Below are positions 37,863 through 47,116 of a stretch of 50,934 bases of DNA, in pieces. A program made the translations under genes and the position numbers. The notes under the pieces were generated by a model. It ran no database searches. It had not been told where the DNA came from and worked only from the letters and a program-made list of their open reading frames with translations. Positions within the stretch are counted from its first letter, which is position 1. Each line of letters begins with the position of its first letter. The DNA comes from Pseudomonadota bacterium (GTDB taxonomy: Bacteria > Bdellovibrionota > FAC87 > UBA2466). The stretch lies in the NCBI GenBank assembly GCA_043718025.1, contig JAYSWN010000169.1, positions 1 through 50,934 of the forward strand. Reading direction: 5' to 3'.

Positions 37863-39413
37863 TTAAAGAGGAATGTTTCCGTGCTTTTTCGACGGCAGTT
37901 TATCGCGTTTGTTTTTCAGCATTTCGAGCGCCTGAATCAATTTAACGCGAGTCTCTTCGGGATAAATCACTTCATCCACAAACCCAAGCTCAGCCGCCTT
38001 AAATGGAGTGGCGGTCTGCTCCGAATACTCTTGGGTTAGTTTGGTCCGGGTCGCTGACGGATCGGATGCGTTCTGAATTTCAGAACGGTGAATAATCGCC
38101 ACTGCCCCATCCGGGCCCATCACCGCAATTTCAGCACTTGAATAGGCGTAATTAATATCTGAACGCAGGTGCTTAGAAGACATCACGCAGTAAGCACCAC
38201 CGTAAGCCTTACGGGTAATCACCGCGATCTTGGGCACGGTCGCTTCCGCGTAAGCGTAAAGTAACTTTGCCCCGTGTCGAATAATTCCGCCAAACTCCTG
38301 TTCGGTGCCCGGCAAAAAACCAGGAACGTCGACAAAAGAGATAACCGGAATGTTAAATGCATCACAAAAGCGAATGAAGCGCGCGGCCTTAATCGATGAG
38401 TTAATGTCGAGACAGCCGGCCAATACTTTGGGTTGGTTGGCGACAATGCCCACGCTACGCCCATTCAAACGCCCGTAGCCCACCACCATGTTTTGGGCGA
38501 AATCTTTTTGCACTTCGAGAAAGTAGCCATCATCGAGAACGGTCTCAATTAGCTCCTTCATGTCGTAGGCAGCTTTCGAATTATCCGGAATCAGTTTGCG
38601 CAACCGCGGCTCCAAGCGCGTAGCCGGGTCGTGCGTTGGCACAACCGGAACTTCATCTAGATTATTCGACGGTAGGTAGCTGAGCAGCTCACGAATCAGA
38701 AGTAGCGTGCTTTTTTCATCGTCGCCGGCAAAATGGCAAACGCCACTCTTAGAGCTGTGGGTGGCGGCGCCACCAAGCTCTTCCATCGTCACCTCTTCAT
38801 GGGTCACCGTTTTAATGACGTCGGGCCCGGTCAAGAACATATAGCTGGCGTTCTTAACCATGAAGATGAAGTCGGTGAGTCCGGGACTATAAACTGCGCC
38901 GCCGGCGGAGGGGCCTAAGATGCAGGAAATTTGCGGCACCACCCCGGAGGCCATGGTGTTGCGGTAAAAAATTTCGGCGTACCCCCCGAGCGATTCCACG
39001 CCTTCTTGAATGCGGGCGCCGCCAGAATCGTTGATTCCGATAACCGGCTTACCATTCTTGATCGCCATGTCGAGAATCTTACAAATCTTTGCCGCCTGAG
39101 CGCCCGATAGCGAGCCTCCGAAAACCGTAAAGTCTTGGGCATAAACGTAAACGTGTCGACCAGAAATCGTGCCGTAGCCGGTAATCACGCCGTCGCCTAA
39201 AATCTTTTTGTCTTCCATGCCGAAGTCACGGCAACGGTGGGTAACGAATTTGTCGATTTCGACAAAGCTACCTTCGTCCAAAAGAAAGAGCAGCCGCTCA
39301 CGGGCGGTCATCTTGCCCTTTTCGTGCTGTTGTTTAATGCGGGTCTCGCCGCCGCCAAGCTCTGCTTCACGGTTTCTCGCATCGAGTAGCGAGTACTTTT
39401 CTTCTAAATTCAT
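37863..39413 (-). CDS. pccB: Acyl-CoA carboxylase carboxyltransferase (propionyl-CoA carboxylase beta)
   Basis: [52 protein letters not shown]-terminal KKHGNIPL. Confidence 0.93.
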   Translation of the reverse strand: MNLEEKYSLLDARNREAELGGGETRIKQQHEKGKMTARERLLFLLDEGSFVEIDKFVTHRCRDFGMEDKKILGDGVITGYGTISGRHVYVYAQDFTVFGGSLSGAQAAKICKILDMAIKNGKPVIGINDSGGARIQEGVESLGGYAEIFYRNTMASGVVPQISCILGPSAGGAVYSPGLTDFIFMVKNASYMFLTGPDVIKTVTHEEVTMEELGGAATHSSKSGVCHFAGDDEKSTLLLIRELLSYLPSNNLDEVPVVPTHDPATRLEPRLRKLIPDNSKAAYDMKELIETVLDDGYFLEVQKDFAQNMVVGYGRLNGRSVGIVANQPKVLAGCLDINSSIKAARFIRFCDAFNIPVISFVDVPGFLPGTEQEFGGIIRHGAKLLYAYAEATVPKIAVITRKAYGGAYCVMSSKHLRSDINYAYSSAEIAVMGPDGAVAIIHRSEIQNASDPSATRTKLTQEYSEQTATPFKAAELGFVDEVIYPEETRVKLIQALEMLKNKRDKLPSKKHGNIPL

Positions 39414-39484
39414 GAGGCGCCAATCGAAACACTGGTGCCAAGGCTAGTCAAGAATGGGTTACGGTAGCGAAAGGCGGATTGCGC

Positions 39485-40273
39485 TCAATTTCCCCAAGGG
39501 GGCAAGTCGCCCAGCTCTTTTTCGGGGTCGCGCCCGAGCTCAGTCAAATTCTGCCACTCGGATTCTAGGTAAGTCTCAATTTCTGATGGGGCCAGTTTAT
39601 CCTCATTGGCGGCGGGCTCCAGACATTGGCTAGAAGGGTTGTAGGTTTCAGGTGAGCAAAGGCTATACTCAGCTTTTTCGAGTTCAGGCACCTGGGTGAG
39701 AATCCACTCTTTTATGGGTAGGGGCTTGGCGGAGTTTATCGCCGGATCCAGCACCATGGGTTGGCCAGCGTCATCGCGGACCAGGGGAACCACGTGGTAC
39801 CACCATGAAACCGAGCCCCCCGGAGCGTTGGCGGTGTTTACCTTCAAATTCCCAAAAATGAAGAGCTTATGGGGAGCCCCCTGCTTCCATTTGATCGACA
39901 GCTGTTTCATCAGGGCCGCCCGAATCCAACAGCCATCTTGAGGGTACAGCCAACTCAACCGTCGAAAAAAATCTGGCTTCGATTTAGCAAGCAAAAACTG
40001 CTCATCGCGAAGATTAGTAAACAGCTCAGTCACGTCCGGGGAAGTAACCACGCTATCAAAGCTCAACTCCGCAAACGGCTTCTTCGAAGCTGAGGCAGAG
40101 CCTTCGCGTCGAACCGCAGGCGCGTCTGAGGCTATTCGTTCCCAATATTGAGACTCGGCATGCTTGGCGGTGTCGTTGGCGTAGCGCCGCGCTGAGTGTA
40201 GCGCCCCTCCCGCGAAAAGAGTCAGTGAGTATTGCGCTAAAACTAGAACCGAGATCCACGTGAAGGTTTTCAT
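39485..40273 (-). CDS. Secreted protein-glutamine glutaminase family protein
   Basis: Signal peptide; triad motifs DGCWIRA (Cys), WWYHVVP (His) and VLDPA (Asp) match the Chryseobacterium protein-glutaminase pattern. Confidence 0.8.
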   Translation of the reverse strand: MKTFTWISVLVLAQYSLTLFAGGALHSARRYANDTAKHAESQYWERIASDAPAVRREGSASASKKPFAELSFDSVVTSPDVTELFTNLRDEQFLLAKSKPDFFRRLSWLYPQDGCWIRAALMKQLSIKWKQGAPHKLFIFGNLKVNTANAPGGSVSWWYHVVPLVRDDAGQPMVLDPAINSAKPLPIKEWILTQVPELEKAEYSLCSPETYNPSSQCLEPAANEDKLAPSEIETYLESEWQNLTELGRDPEKELGDLPPWGN

Positions 40274-40337
40274 TTACGATACGTTATCGCCGCTAAACGA
40301 ACATCGAAATACACACGGCGGCACAAATCAGTGATCC

Positions 40338-42005
40338 CTAGAGATGATCGCGCTTATCGAAAGCCCGCAAACCAAAGCGATCGAGCCTCCGCGTCCACTT
40401 ACGGTAGAGAAGATAGGCGGAATCGCCATGCAAAGAATTTGAGAACAGGACCTTCACTTCGGCTTTGCTCACTTGCCCCTCCATTAGCCCACGGTACAAG
40501 GCGAGCCCCAAAAGCGAACCAAGCTCGCGGGCCACGCGGTAAGAAAGCACCGTCCGACGCACTGAAAAGGTTTTATGTTTTAGCACTTTCAACGGATAGG
40601 GCTCGGCGTGGGGGCCGCGCTCATTACTAAAATGATGGAGCGCCCACGAGGCGACCAGCCGCCTATCGGAGCGAATGCCCTCACCTTTTTGGGAAGCGAT
40701 GAGCCGTTTCCAGTCGGCGGGGCCGTCAGTCTTGCGTTTGTGATTAAGAAGTTTTGAGCCCATGAAGCTCAGCGCTTCCACCCAAATGAAGGCGTAAAAA
40801 TCTTCGCGTGGGTTTTGAAACACGCGGGAGAACGCTGAAAGCTCCATATGCCATAACCGCGCCGCCAAGCCGGATAGTTGATTCAAACTTAAACGGTTCA
40901 GGTACAAAATATTACGGCGGGGTACAAACTGGGCCTCAAAGCTGCCGAGGTATATTGCCAGCAGCTTCTTTTCTCGGGCGGTGAACGTCTCGGAGCCACG
41001 CCCAAAAAGGGTGGCGAGTGAGGCGTCGGTAGCCGTCATGATCGAATAGTTGTCAGGAAGCTTTTTTCGAAAGCCAAAATAGTTGCCGATGGCTTCTAAG
41101 AATTCTACCGCCTCATCTGAGTAGTCGATCTCTTCGCCCCACTCCGCAATGGCTTCAATTTCGCTCTTGGCAAAGGCCCAGTCGATTTGGCTACGAAGTT
41201 TAACCCAAGGAGGGGTGCTCAATACGCAAAAAACCCCTTCCCGCACCTTGACCACGTCCACCTTTTGCTCGAGCCCCATGGCCGCAAGTTTCCAGTAAAA
41301 TCGTTCTTCGTTCTGTAGCACCACCAACGACTTGCGCTTTAGCTTTCGCGTTTTGAGTTCCTTCTTAAGTTCCATTGGCAGGCGGCCGGCCGCCAAGTGG
41401 AGGTCACCAATCAGCACGAAGACCAATGATCCTTCGGAGTGTTGAGTGAGGTCAGCGAGCTCTTTGGCGGCAAAGGCATCGCGCTTTTCGAGTGAACGTT
41501 TGCCGGCCTTAACCTCTTTGTTGATGCCAACTACCCGCAGGGAGCTCTTTTTGGCGTAGCGGAGAATCTCGGAGTAACTGTCCCAGCTAAAACCCCAGCG
41601 CTCATCAAACGAAACTGTCCTCTTAAGGTCGGCTTCAGAAAGTTTACCCGTAACGAAGGCCTGTAGTGCCTCATTAAAGCCGGCATCAATGGCTTCTAAC
41701 GCCAGGATAACCGGGCGGCGCTTGGATTTACCCAAATCGACGGTGGCCCGCAAAAGTCTGAGCACCGTTCGCTGAGCTTGCGAAAGGGTGTGATAGTCAC
41801 CGCACAAAACTAAATGCGATGATAAAATTTGGGTAATGAGTTCTTCTTTTGTCGAAAGTCGTTGAAATCTTGCGTAATTTCGTTGGTATTCCGTTAGGTA
41901 GCGCTTTATTTTGGGGTTAAGCTGTCCCAGGAACCGATCGGCGTACTTCTGCATTCGTTCATAAAATGCACGCTGAATATTCAAAAGGTGCCGGCGTTGT
42001 GGCAT
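40338..42005 (-). CDS. ChaN/TIKI-superfamily domain protein with long C-terminal extension
   Basis: VLCGDYH...AQ, LALE, W..Y..IL, VVGIN, RD, IGDLHL in the N-terminal half; no signal peptide. Confidence 0.65.
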   Translation of the reverse strand: MPQRRHLLNIQRAFYERMQKYADRFLGQLNPKIKRYLTEYQRNYARFQRLSTKEELITQILSSHLVLCGDYHTLSQAQRTVLRLLRATVDLGKSKRRPVILALEAIDAGFNEALQAFVTGKLSEADLKRTVSFDERWGFSWDSYSEILRYAKKSSLRVVGINKEVKAGKRSLEKRDAFAAKELADLTQHSEGSLVFVLIGDLHLAAGRLPMELKKELKTRKLKRKSLVVLQNEERFYWKLAAMGLEQKVDVVKVREGVFCVLSTPPWVKLRSQIDWAFAKSEIEAIAEWGEEIDYSDEAVEFLEAIGNYFGFRKKLPDNYSIMTATDASLATLFGRGSETFTAREKKLLAIYLGSFEAQFVPRRNILYLNRLSLNQLSGLAARLWHMELSAFSRVFQNPREDFYAFIWVEALSFMGSKLLNHKRKTDGPADWKRLIASQKGEGIRSDRRLVASWALHHFSNERGPHAEPYPLKVLKHKTFSVRRTVLSYRVARELGSLLGLALYRGLMEGQVSKAEVKVLFSNSLHGDSAYLLYRKWTRRLDRFGLRAFDKRDHL

Positions 42006-43407
42006 GGTGCGTCAAACGGAGGTTGGTCTGAATCTTGAAAAAGCCCTTGCTTTCATTCTAAGAGCGTTTGTGCCCGGCGGGGCACCTATTTTTCTTTTCC
42101 TATTAATTCAAAGCTTTGCTCCTGCCTTAGGCGCCGTTGAAGAAGTGAACTTAGAGTCACTACTCAAATCGGCCCTCGGTAAAAATGCTCAGATTCAAGA
42201 GGCCGATGGCGACACCCAGATTGCCAAGGCACAGCTGGAGCGCGCCCGGGCGGCCAGCTTCCCCAAAGCCGAAGCCATTCTCATCGCTGCCCCGATCATG
42301 GAGCAAACGGGCGATGCCCTACGCAGCACCACCGACTGGAGTAAGTGGGGCCCTTTTCTTAAGGGTGGCGTACAAATCGTGCAGCCGCTTTACACCTTTG
42401 GCCAGATTGGAAATTATAAAAAGGCCGCCCAGCATCAGATTAACGCCCGCGAGGGGCAAACGGAGATGAAACGGCTCGAGGTGCTTAATACTTTAAAGGA
42501 AACTTACTACGGGTACTTGCTGGCTACCGATCTCGAACGGTTAGTGGATGAGCTGGCCAAGTTCTTAGGCGATGCGGTAGTCGAAGCCGAAGAGCAGGCG
42601 AAGAAGAAGAAAAAGGGGGGAGTAAAACCTCACGACCTCTTTAAATTGAAAACCGCCTACGAAGATTTGAATCAGAAAAAATTGATGGCCACGACCGCCA
42701 AACAGACCGCCGAAAAAGCGCTGATGTGGATGGCCGCCGCGAGCCACGAAAAAATTCCGGCCCCGCGACTAAAGCCCGAAGACTACGAACGTAAAACTTT
42801 GGATGACTACATAAAGCTCGCCAAGATCTCCCGTCCTGAGTTTAAGGCGCTGGCCGAAGGGCAATTGGCGCACACCGCCCTGGCCGACGCCAAACGGGCG
42901 CAAAGCTACCCGGTCCTATTCGCCGGCGCTTTCGTTTCGCAAGGCTGGGCTCCCAATCACACCTATCAGCCTTCGGTTTTTGCAAACGATCCTTTCAACC
43001 AGACGATGGGTGGAGTGGGTTTGGGCGTTAAATTTGATCTAGAATTTTGGCGCCACTCGGCCGAGGCGCAGGAAGAACAGGCCCAAGCGATGAAGCTCAA
43101 ATCCACCGAGGCGTATGCGGTTCCCGGTATGGAACTTCAAGTGCGTAAGGCGTATTACGAATTTGAAATGGCGGCCAACGGCCTTGAAATTGCCGAGCGG
43201 CGCAAAACGCTGGGAAAAAAATGGTTTATTCAAAGCGCCATGGGCTGGACATTAGGAATCACCACCCCAAAAGACCTGCTTGAAGCGCTTGAGGGCGAAG
43301 GGCTGGCGCGAAAAAATTATTTAGAAACCGTATATATGCTCAATTTATCTCTTTCGCGTTTGTCGCAGGCCGTGGGCAAAGAGATCACCAAATTGAATTA
43401 TCGATAG
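42004..43407 (+). CDS. TolC family outer-membrane efflux protein (start may be GTG 42070)
   Basis: Hydrophobic leader ending ALGA; two OEP-like repeats (ALGKN...ARAASFP...QPLYTFG; RPEF...SYP...VRKAY...DLLEA). Confidence 0.82.
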   Translation: MVRQTEVGLNLEKALAFILRAFVPGGAPIFLFLLIQSFAPALGAVEEVNLESLLKSALGKNAQIQEADGDTQIAKAQLERARAASFPKAEAILIAAPIMEQTGDALRSTTDWSKWGPFLKGGVQIVQPLYTFGQIGNYKKAAQHQINAREGQTEMKRLEVLNTLKETYYGYLLATDLERLVDELAKFLGDAVVEAEEQAKKKKKGGVKPHDLFKLKTAYEDLNQKKLMATTAKQTAEKALMWMAAASHEKIPAPRLKPEDYERKTLDDYIKLAKISRPEFKALAEGQLAHTALADAKRAQSYPVLFAGAFVSQGWAPNHTYQPSVFANDPFNQTMGGVGLGVKFDLEFWRHSAEAQEEQAQAMKLKSTEAYAVPGMELQVRKAYYEFEMAANGLEIAERRKTLGKKWFIQSAMGWTLGITTPKDLLEALEGEGLARKNYLETVYMLNLSLSRLSQAVGKEITKLNYR

Positions 43408-43450
43408 CTGAAACTATGGGTAGGGGACAAAACGGGGTAACCGCTTCGCT

Positions 43451-44695
43451 ATGCTTTTTACGTTGGTCCTTAGTTTTTTTACCGCCCTCGCCGCTCAGGC
43501 CGTCGGGACTTTCTCGTCAACGATCGTAGGGCCGGATGAGCATCCATTCAACCTCTGCGCCCACGACCTCAATGGTTTTAGTCAGTCGATAAAATATTGG
43601 GACCGCCTCGTCCCGATCTACGGCACGTACGTAATGGAAGACCATTTCGCCTCGACCGAAGCAAAGTACATTAACCCCAATGAGTTTAATCATCATTCCC
43701 TTAAACCACATCTTAAAGGCCTCAGCGGCACTTACGTCGGGGTCGGTACCTTTCGGGCCTTAAATACGGCGGTAATGGGTGGTTTTGAGGACGTGGTGCT
43801 GATGGATTACGACTTGGGCATCGCGGCGTTCAATCGGTTGAATCTCGAGCTGATTGCTACCGCAGCGGACCGGCTTGAATACCTATTCCTACTTTTTTTT
43901 GGCGACCGAGAAGGGGAGCTTCTAAGTGAAGTACGCGCCGGCAATATTTCTGAGAACGAATTTATCTGGCGCATCTCTCGCTTCGCCACCGGCGGAAAAG
44001 GAAATAAGCGCCTAAAAAATTTGGACCTGGCGCTCCCCCGGTTTTCAGACTTTTACGCCAAGCAGATCTCGGCTTGGTCATCAAAACAAGACTATAAAGG
44101 TCAAAAGTTAGCGCCGCCCAAAGACATTTTTGATCTCTTCGACCAAGAAAAGTTCCACATAAATGAATGGGTTTTTCGGGTGCCCGACTTCGGGAAAAAC
44201 CCTGACCTATGGAACGAGACTTATCTAGGAAACGACCATCACTTCTCTCGCCTTCAAAGTATGGTGCGCGAAGGGCGCATTCACGTCCTTTGCGGCGACT
44301 TGGCAGGGCATCATGCGATGAGCGGACTGGCGGTGGCGTTTAAAAAAGCTGGAAAGAAAATCGCTCTCTTTGACGTCTCGAACGCGCCGGAGTGGCTTGA
44401 GGATAGCGACGATCTCGAACGAAGGGCCAGGTACTTTACAAATCTTCGCAATTTACCTTGGTCAGAAAAGGGAATGATTTTATCAACGGGTGGCTTCTTC
44501 AAGCGGAAGACCGAGGAGTGGGCCCAAAGTTTGGTGTCGCACAAGAACTTAAGTGTGGTTGAGCGCTTTACGTCGACGCGGCCCCGTGGCGCCCAAGCCC
44601 TCAGGAATTGGAGCAGCGCCAACGACTCTATTTATGGACCAGATGGCCCCGGCGTCACCCATCGCGATTCCATCTTTATTTTCGACGCAAAATAG
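43451..44695 (+). CDS. Secreted hypothetical protein with Rossmann methyltransferase-like motifs
   Basis: Signal peptide MLFTLVLSFFTALAAQA; NPNE, GTYVGVGT, VLMDYD, CGDL, FDVSNAPEWL. The fold assignment is inferred. Confidence 0.6.
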   Translation: MLFTLVLSFFTALAAQAVGTFSSTIVGPDEHPFNLCAHDLNGFSQSIKYWDRLVPIYGTYVMEDHFASTEAKYINPNEFNHHSLKPHLKGLSGTYVGVGTFRALNTAVMGGFEDVVLMDYDLGIAAFNRLNLELIATAADRLEYLFLLFFGDREGELLSEVRAGNISENEFIWRISRFATGGKGNKRLKNLDLALPRFSDFYAKQISAWSSKQDYKGQKLAPPKDIFDLFDQEKFHINEWVFRVPDFGKNPDLWNETYLGNDHHFSRLQSMVREGRIHVLCGDLAGHHAMSGLAVAFKKAGKKIALFDVSNAPEWLEDSDDLERRARYFTNLRNLPWSEKGMILSTGGFFKRKTEEWAQSLVSHKNLSVVERFTSTRPRGAQALRNWSSANDSIYGPDGPGVTHRDSIFIFDAK

Positions 44696-44721
44696 AAAGG
44701 CGGGAGCTTTCGCCCCCGCCT
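44687..44721 (-). terminator. Rho-independent terminator (minus strand)
   Basis: Minus strand AGGCGGGGGC-GAAA-GCTCCCGCCT-TTCTATTTT: 10-bp stem with one G-U, GAAA tetraloop, U-rich tail. Confidence 0.8.
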
Positions 44722-44912
44722 CACTTAACGACATGGCAGTCGTGTGCTTAAACAGCCAGAGTTGCCATTAGTTTAAATTACAGCTCAACGCGTACTGCGC
44801 CATACGCAGCCAGTAGATCTGACGTAACGCCTTGGGGAACGGGTTAACAAACCGCGTGATACGGTCGTGACGCTTTGTGATAGCAAACGTTCTCCAACGC
44901 GACGAGTCGTTA
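44722..44912. ncRNA. Candidate structured RNA or long 3'UTR (about 190 nt), family not identified
   Basis: Gap without a credible ORF, ending in a terminator. End-to-end complementarity TAACGAC/GTCGTTA and GTCGTGT/ACGCGAC plus internal hairpins. Confidence 0.3.
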
Positions 44913-45719
44913 GCCGCTGCGGCGGGTGGATACCGGGGGCTTGGCCGTCGGTGGATTCTGTCGAGAATTTTTAGCGGCGGCCGCGGCGCGTTTTTTACGC
45001 CGAATTCTTAAAACCAAGAGCAAAAGCACAACGCCCGCGCCGACGCCAATCAACATGTTTTTGTCGATGCCGGGTCCAACTGACGTAACTCCCGCTTTTT
45101 TATCATCTTTCTTTTTTGAGAGATTCAAGCGCGCGGCGAGAATTTCTTGCTGCACGGCGCCCAACTTTTCTCGACCGGGAATTGGTCCATCGCCCTGCTT
45201 CGAAGCAATATTGAGATCAAACTCAGCATTGAGCTTAAGCGACGAAGCCATGCGTTCGAACTGCGGCGCCAGCTTTTTATATTGTTCGTCTGAAACAATG
45301 TAGGTGATTAAAATCGCAAGCTTGTTATGCACCGTCGCCAAATAGCGCGACCAAAATCCCGGCAGTTCTGAATTAAACTGCAATGAGTCGACCCAGGTTT
45401 GCCCGTTAATGTTCCGTTTACGTGAATAGGTAACTTTAGACGTGAGTGATTTTCCGTCTTGGTCGGGAATATTTCGCGGCTGTTTTAGATACTCTTCGTA
45501 GTTCTCAATCTTGTCCCATTCGGTAGCCGGGGTGGCGATCGAAAGCACTACCGACTCTTTACGATCGGCATCTTGGGTACTCTGGCAGATCCAAACGCCC
45601 TGCGACAACTCACACTTCCATCCGTCGGGGTGTTCAAACTGAACGTAAGCCGTGGTCAGCGCCATTGAAACAGAAATACCAAAATGAAAAGAGAGCACTA
45701 ATGGAATGAAAAACCGCAT
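44910..45719 (-). CDS. Exported protein with C-terminal membrane anchor
   Basis: GGGAGG RBS, signal peptide, FEHPDGWKC...WIC, C-terminal TM LIGVGAGVVLLLLVL followed by RIRRKKR. Confidence 0.8.
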   Translation of the reverse strand: MRFFIPLVLSFHFGISVSMALTTAYVQFEHPDGWKCELSQGVWICQSTQDADRKESVVLSIATPATEWDKIENYEEYLKQPRNIPDQDGKSLTSKVTYSRKRNINGQTWVDSLQFNSELPGFWSRYLATVHNKLAILITYIVSDEQYKKLAPQFERMASSLKLNAEFDLNIASKQGDGPIPGREKLGAVQQEILAARLNLSKKKDDKKAGVTSVGPGIDKNMLIGVGAGVVLLLLVLRIRRKKRAAAAAKNSRQNPPTAKPPVSTRRSG

Positions 45720-45779
45720 GCGTAGCCTCCCCGGGCTAGGGTGGGAAATCGGTGCCATTATTCTATCACGAGCCTACCG

Positions 45780-46895
45780 TTATGAAATAAGCAGGGGTTC
45801 AGCGGAAGGTGGATTTAGGATGGGCGCTAAGTGCTGACGCAGCTCGGCCACGCTGCCGTAATACACTTCACGATCGTGTACCGTGCGCTGACGCGGCGTG
45901 CCCGGAACGTGTCGAATCAATACCTTTTCGGTCTTCTCGCCGAACGAACCGGTGTAGCAGACACGCCGGTAAACCTGCAGATCTTGTTCGCCACTATCGC
46001 CAATAAGAAAACAACGCTGCCCTTCAAGGTTACTGTAAATGCGATGCAGCACCCGCCATTTATGGCCGAAGCGGCCATAGCCTAACCATCGTGGGTACAC
46101 CGGCCCTTCCGGAAAGCCACGCTCGCGCAAGAATTTGAGTAGAAACGGCGCCAGCTGAAATGGCGTGCTGGTTAGGTAGATCACCAAGCCGCCGCGCTTG
46201 ACCACCTCTTGGTAGAGCTCAGCCATGCCCTCGATCGCGTCGTAAGTGTAATAGTGCCCTTTAAATAATCCCGACAATATTTTCTTTAGGGTCGTGGTCT
46301 CTTTCACGTGCGAATCTTTAATCGTGTCGTCAATGTCTGAGATCACCACGAACTTCACTTCGTTGGTTAAAAAGAAAACCGGCGCCGACAGCACCTCGTA
46401 GTTTCCTAAGTTAATTTTGCCCAAAAGCGTTTCGACACCGGCCGGAACCATCCGCAACCAGGCTTGACGTGGACAGACCCACGGCAATTGCCAAGGAAGT
46501 TGCAGGTGAATAAACCCGCGCGTTTCCGTCGAAGCCTCAATGCTTCTCACCGCCCTTTCCGACAACGCCACTTGAAAACGAATGCGCTCAAATGCCTCGA
46601 GATCGGGAAGCCCCTTTAAAACTTTATGTAAAAACCGTTTTGGACGAAATCCAATCACGTCGTCTTGGGTGCCGTTGTAAACCACGGCCTGCAACGAAGT
46701 GAAATGGCGGGTGGCCAGAGAAGGAATCCCCACGATTGATTTCTGCGGTCGGTATAAATCCAAAACTTGCAGGACTTTGAACAGCAAGACCTCAAACGTC
46801 TTGAAGAAGCGTAGCCAAAACCCCCACCACTTGGGGTAGGGCAGCTCGGTAAGGCGGAGGCCGGGACGCAGCCATTTTTCGAGCGTAGGCTCCAT
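45780..46895 (-). CDS. App1-family (DUF2183) HAD phosphatidate phosphatase-like protein
   Basis: VISDIDDTIK (DxD), YLTSTP, GFPEGP, K, LIGDSGEQD. Start 46895 chosen from TTGATT-N17-GACCCT-N7-ATG; 46913 is an alternative. Confidence 0.82.
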   Translation of the reverse strand: MEPTLEKWLRPGLRLTELPYPKWWGFWLRFFKTFEVLLFKVLQVLDLYRPQKSIVGIPSLATRHFTSLQAVVYNGTQDDVIGFRPKRFLHKVLKGLPDLEAFERIRFQVALSERAVRSIEASTETRGFIHLQLPWQLPWVCPRQAWLRMVPAGVETLLGKINLGNYEVLSAPVFFLTNEVKFVVISDIDDTIKDSHVKETTTLKKILSGLFKGHYYTYDAIEGMAELYQEVVKRGGLVIYLTSTPFQLAPFLLKFLRERGFPEGPVYPRWLGYGRFGHKWRVLHRIYSNLEGQRCFLIGDSGEQDLQVYRRVCYTGSFGEKTEKVLIRHVPGTPRQRTVHDREVYYGSVAELRQHLAPILNPPSAEPLLIS

Positions 46896-47116
46896 TGATT
46901 TCAGGGTCGGCATTTCGCGCTGCAAAATCAAGGTTTTTTCCTACTATTTCATCAGTTTCGGACGCCCGAGCCGGCCCGTCTCTAGAATACGATTCTCGTG
47001 TGCTTTCGGTGACGGCAGCGGTGGGCCCAAAAGGGCCTCTTTCGGGGTCCAAAGGCCTGTGTTATACCGCCGCCCAGGTTGATTGGTTACCTGCCGCGAT
47101 GGCGAGGAGAGCCGTG

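Noticed and set aside
44684..44770. GACGCAAAA ... ACAGCCAGAGTTGCC, resembling parts of a c-di-GMP-I riboswitch
   Set aside because: The 5' GGCAAA/GNRA hairpin is absent, the 5' part lies inside a CDS, and the hairpin in between reads as a minus-strand terminator.
44768..44920. Minus-strand open frame reading AAANDSSRWRTFAITK...YALSCNLN, faintly like a tmRNA tag
   Set aside because: No start codon or RBS for the long frame, no tRNA-like ends or CCA, and the peptide is too long and lacks an Ala-Ala-type end.
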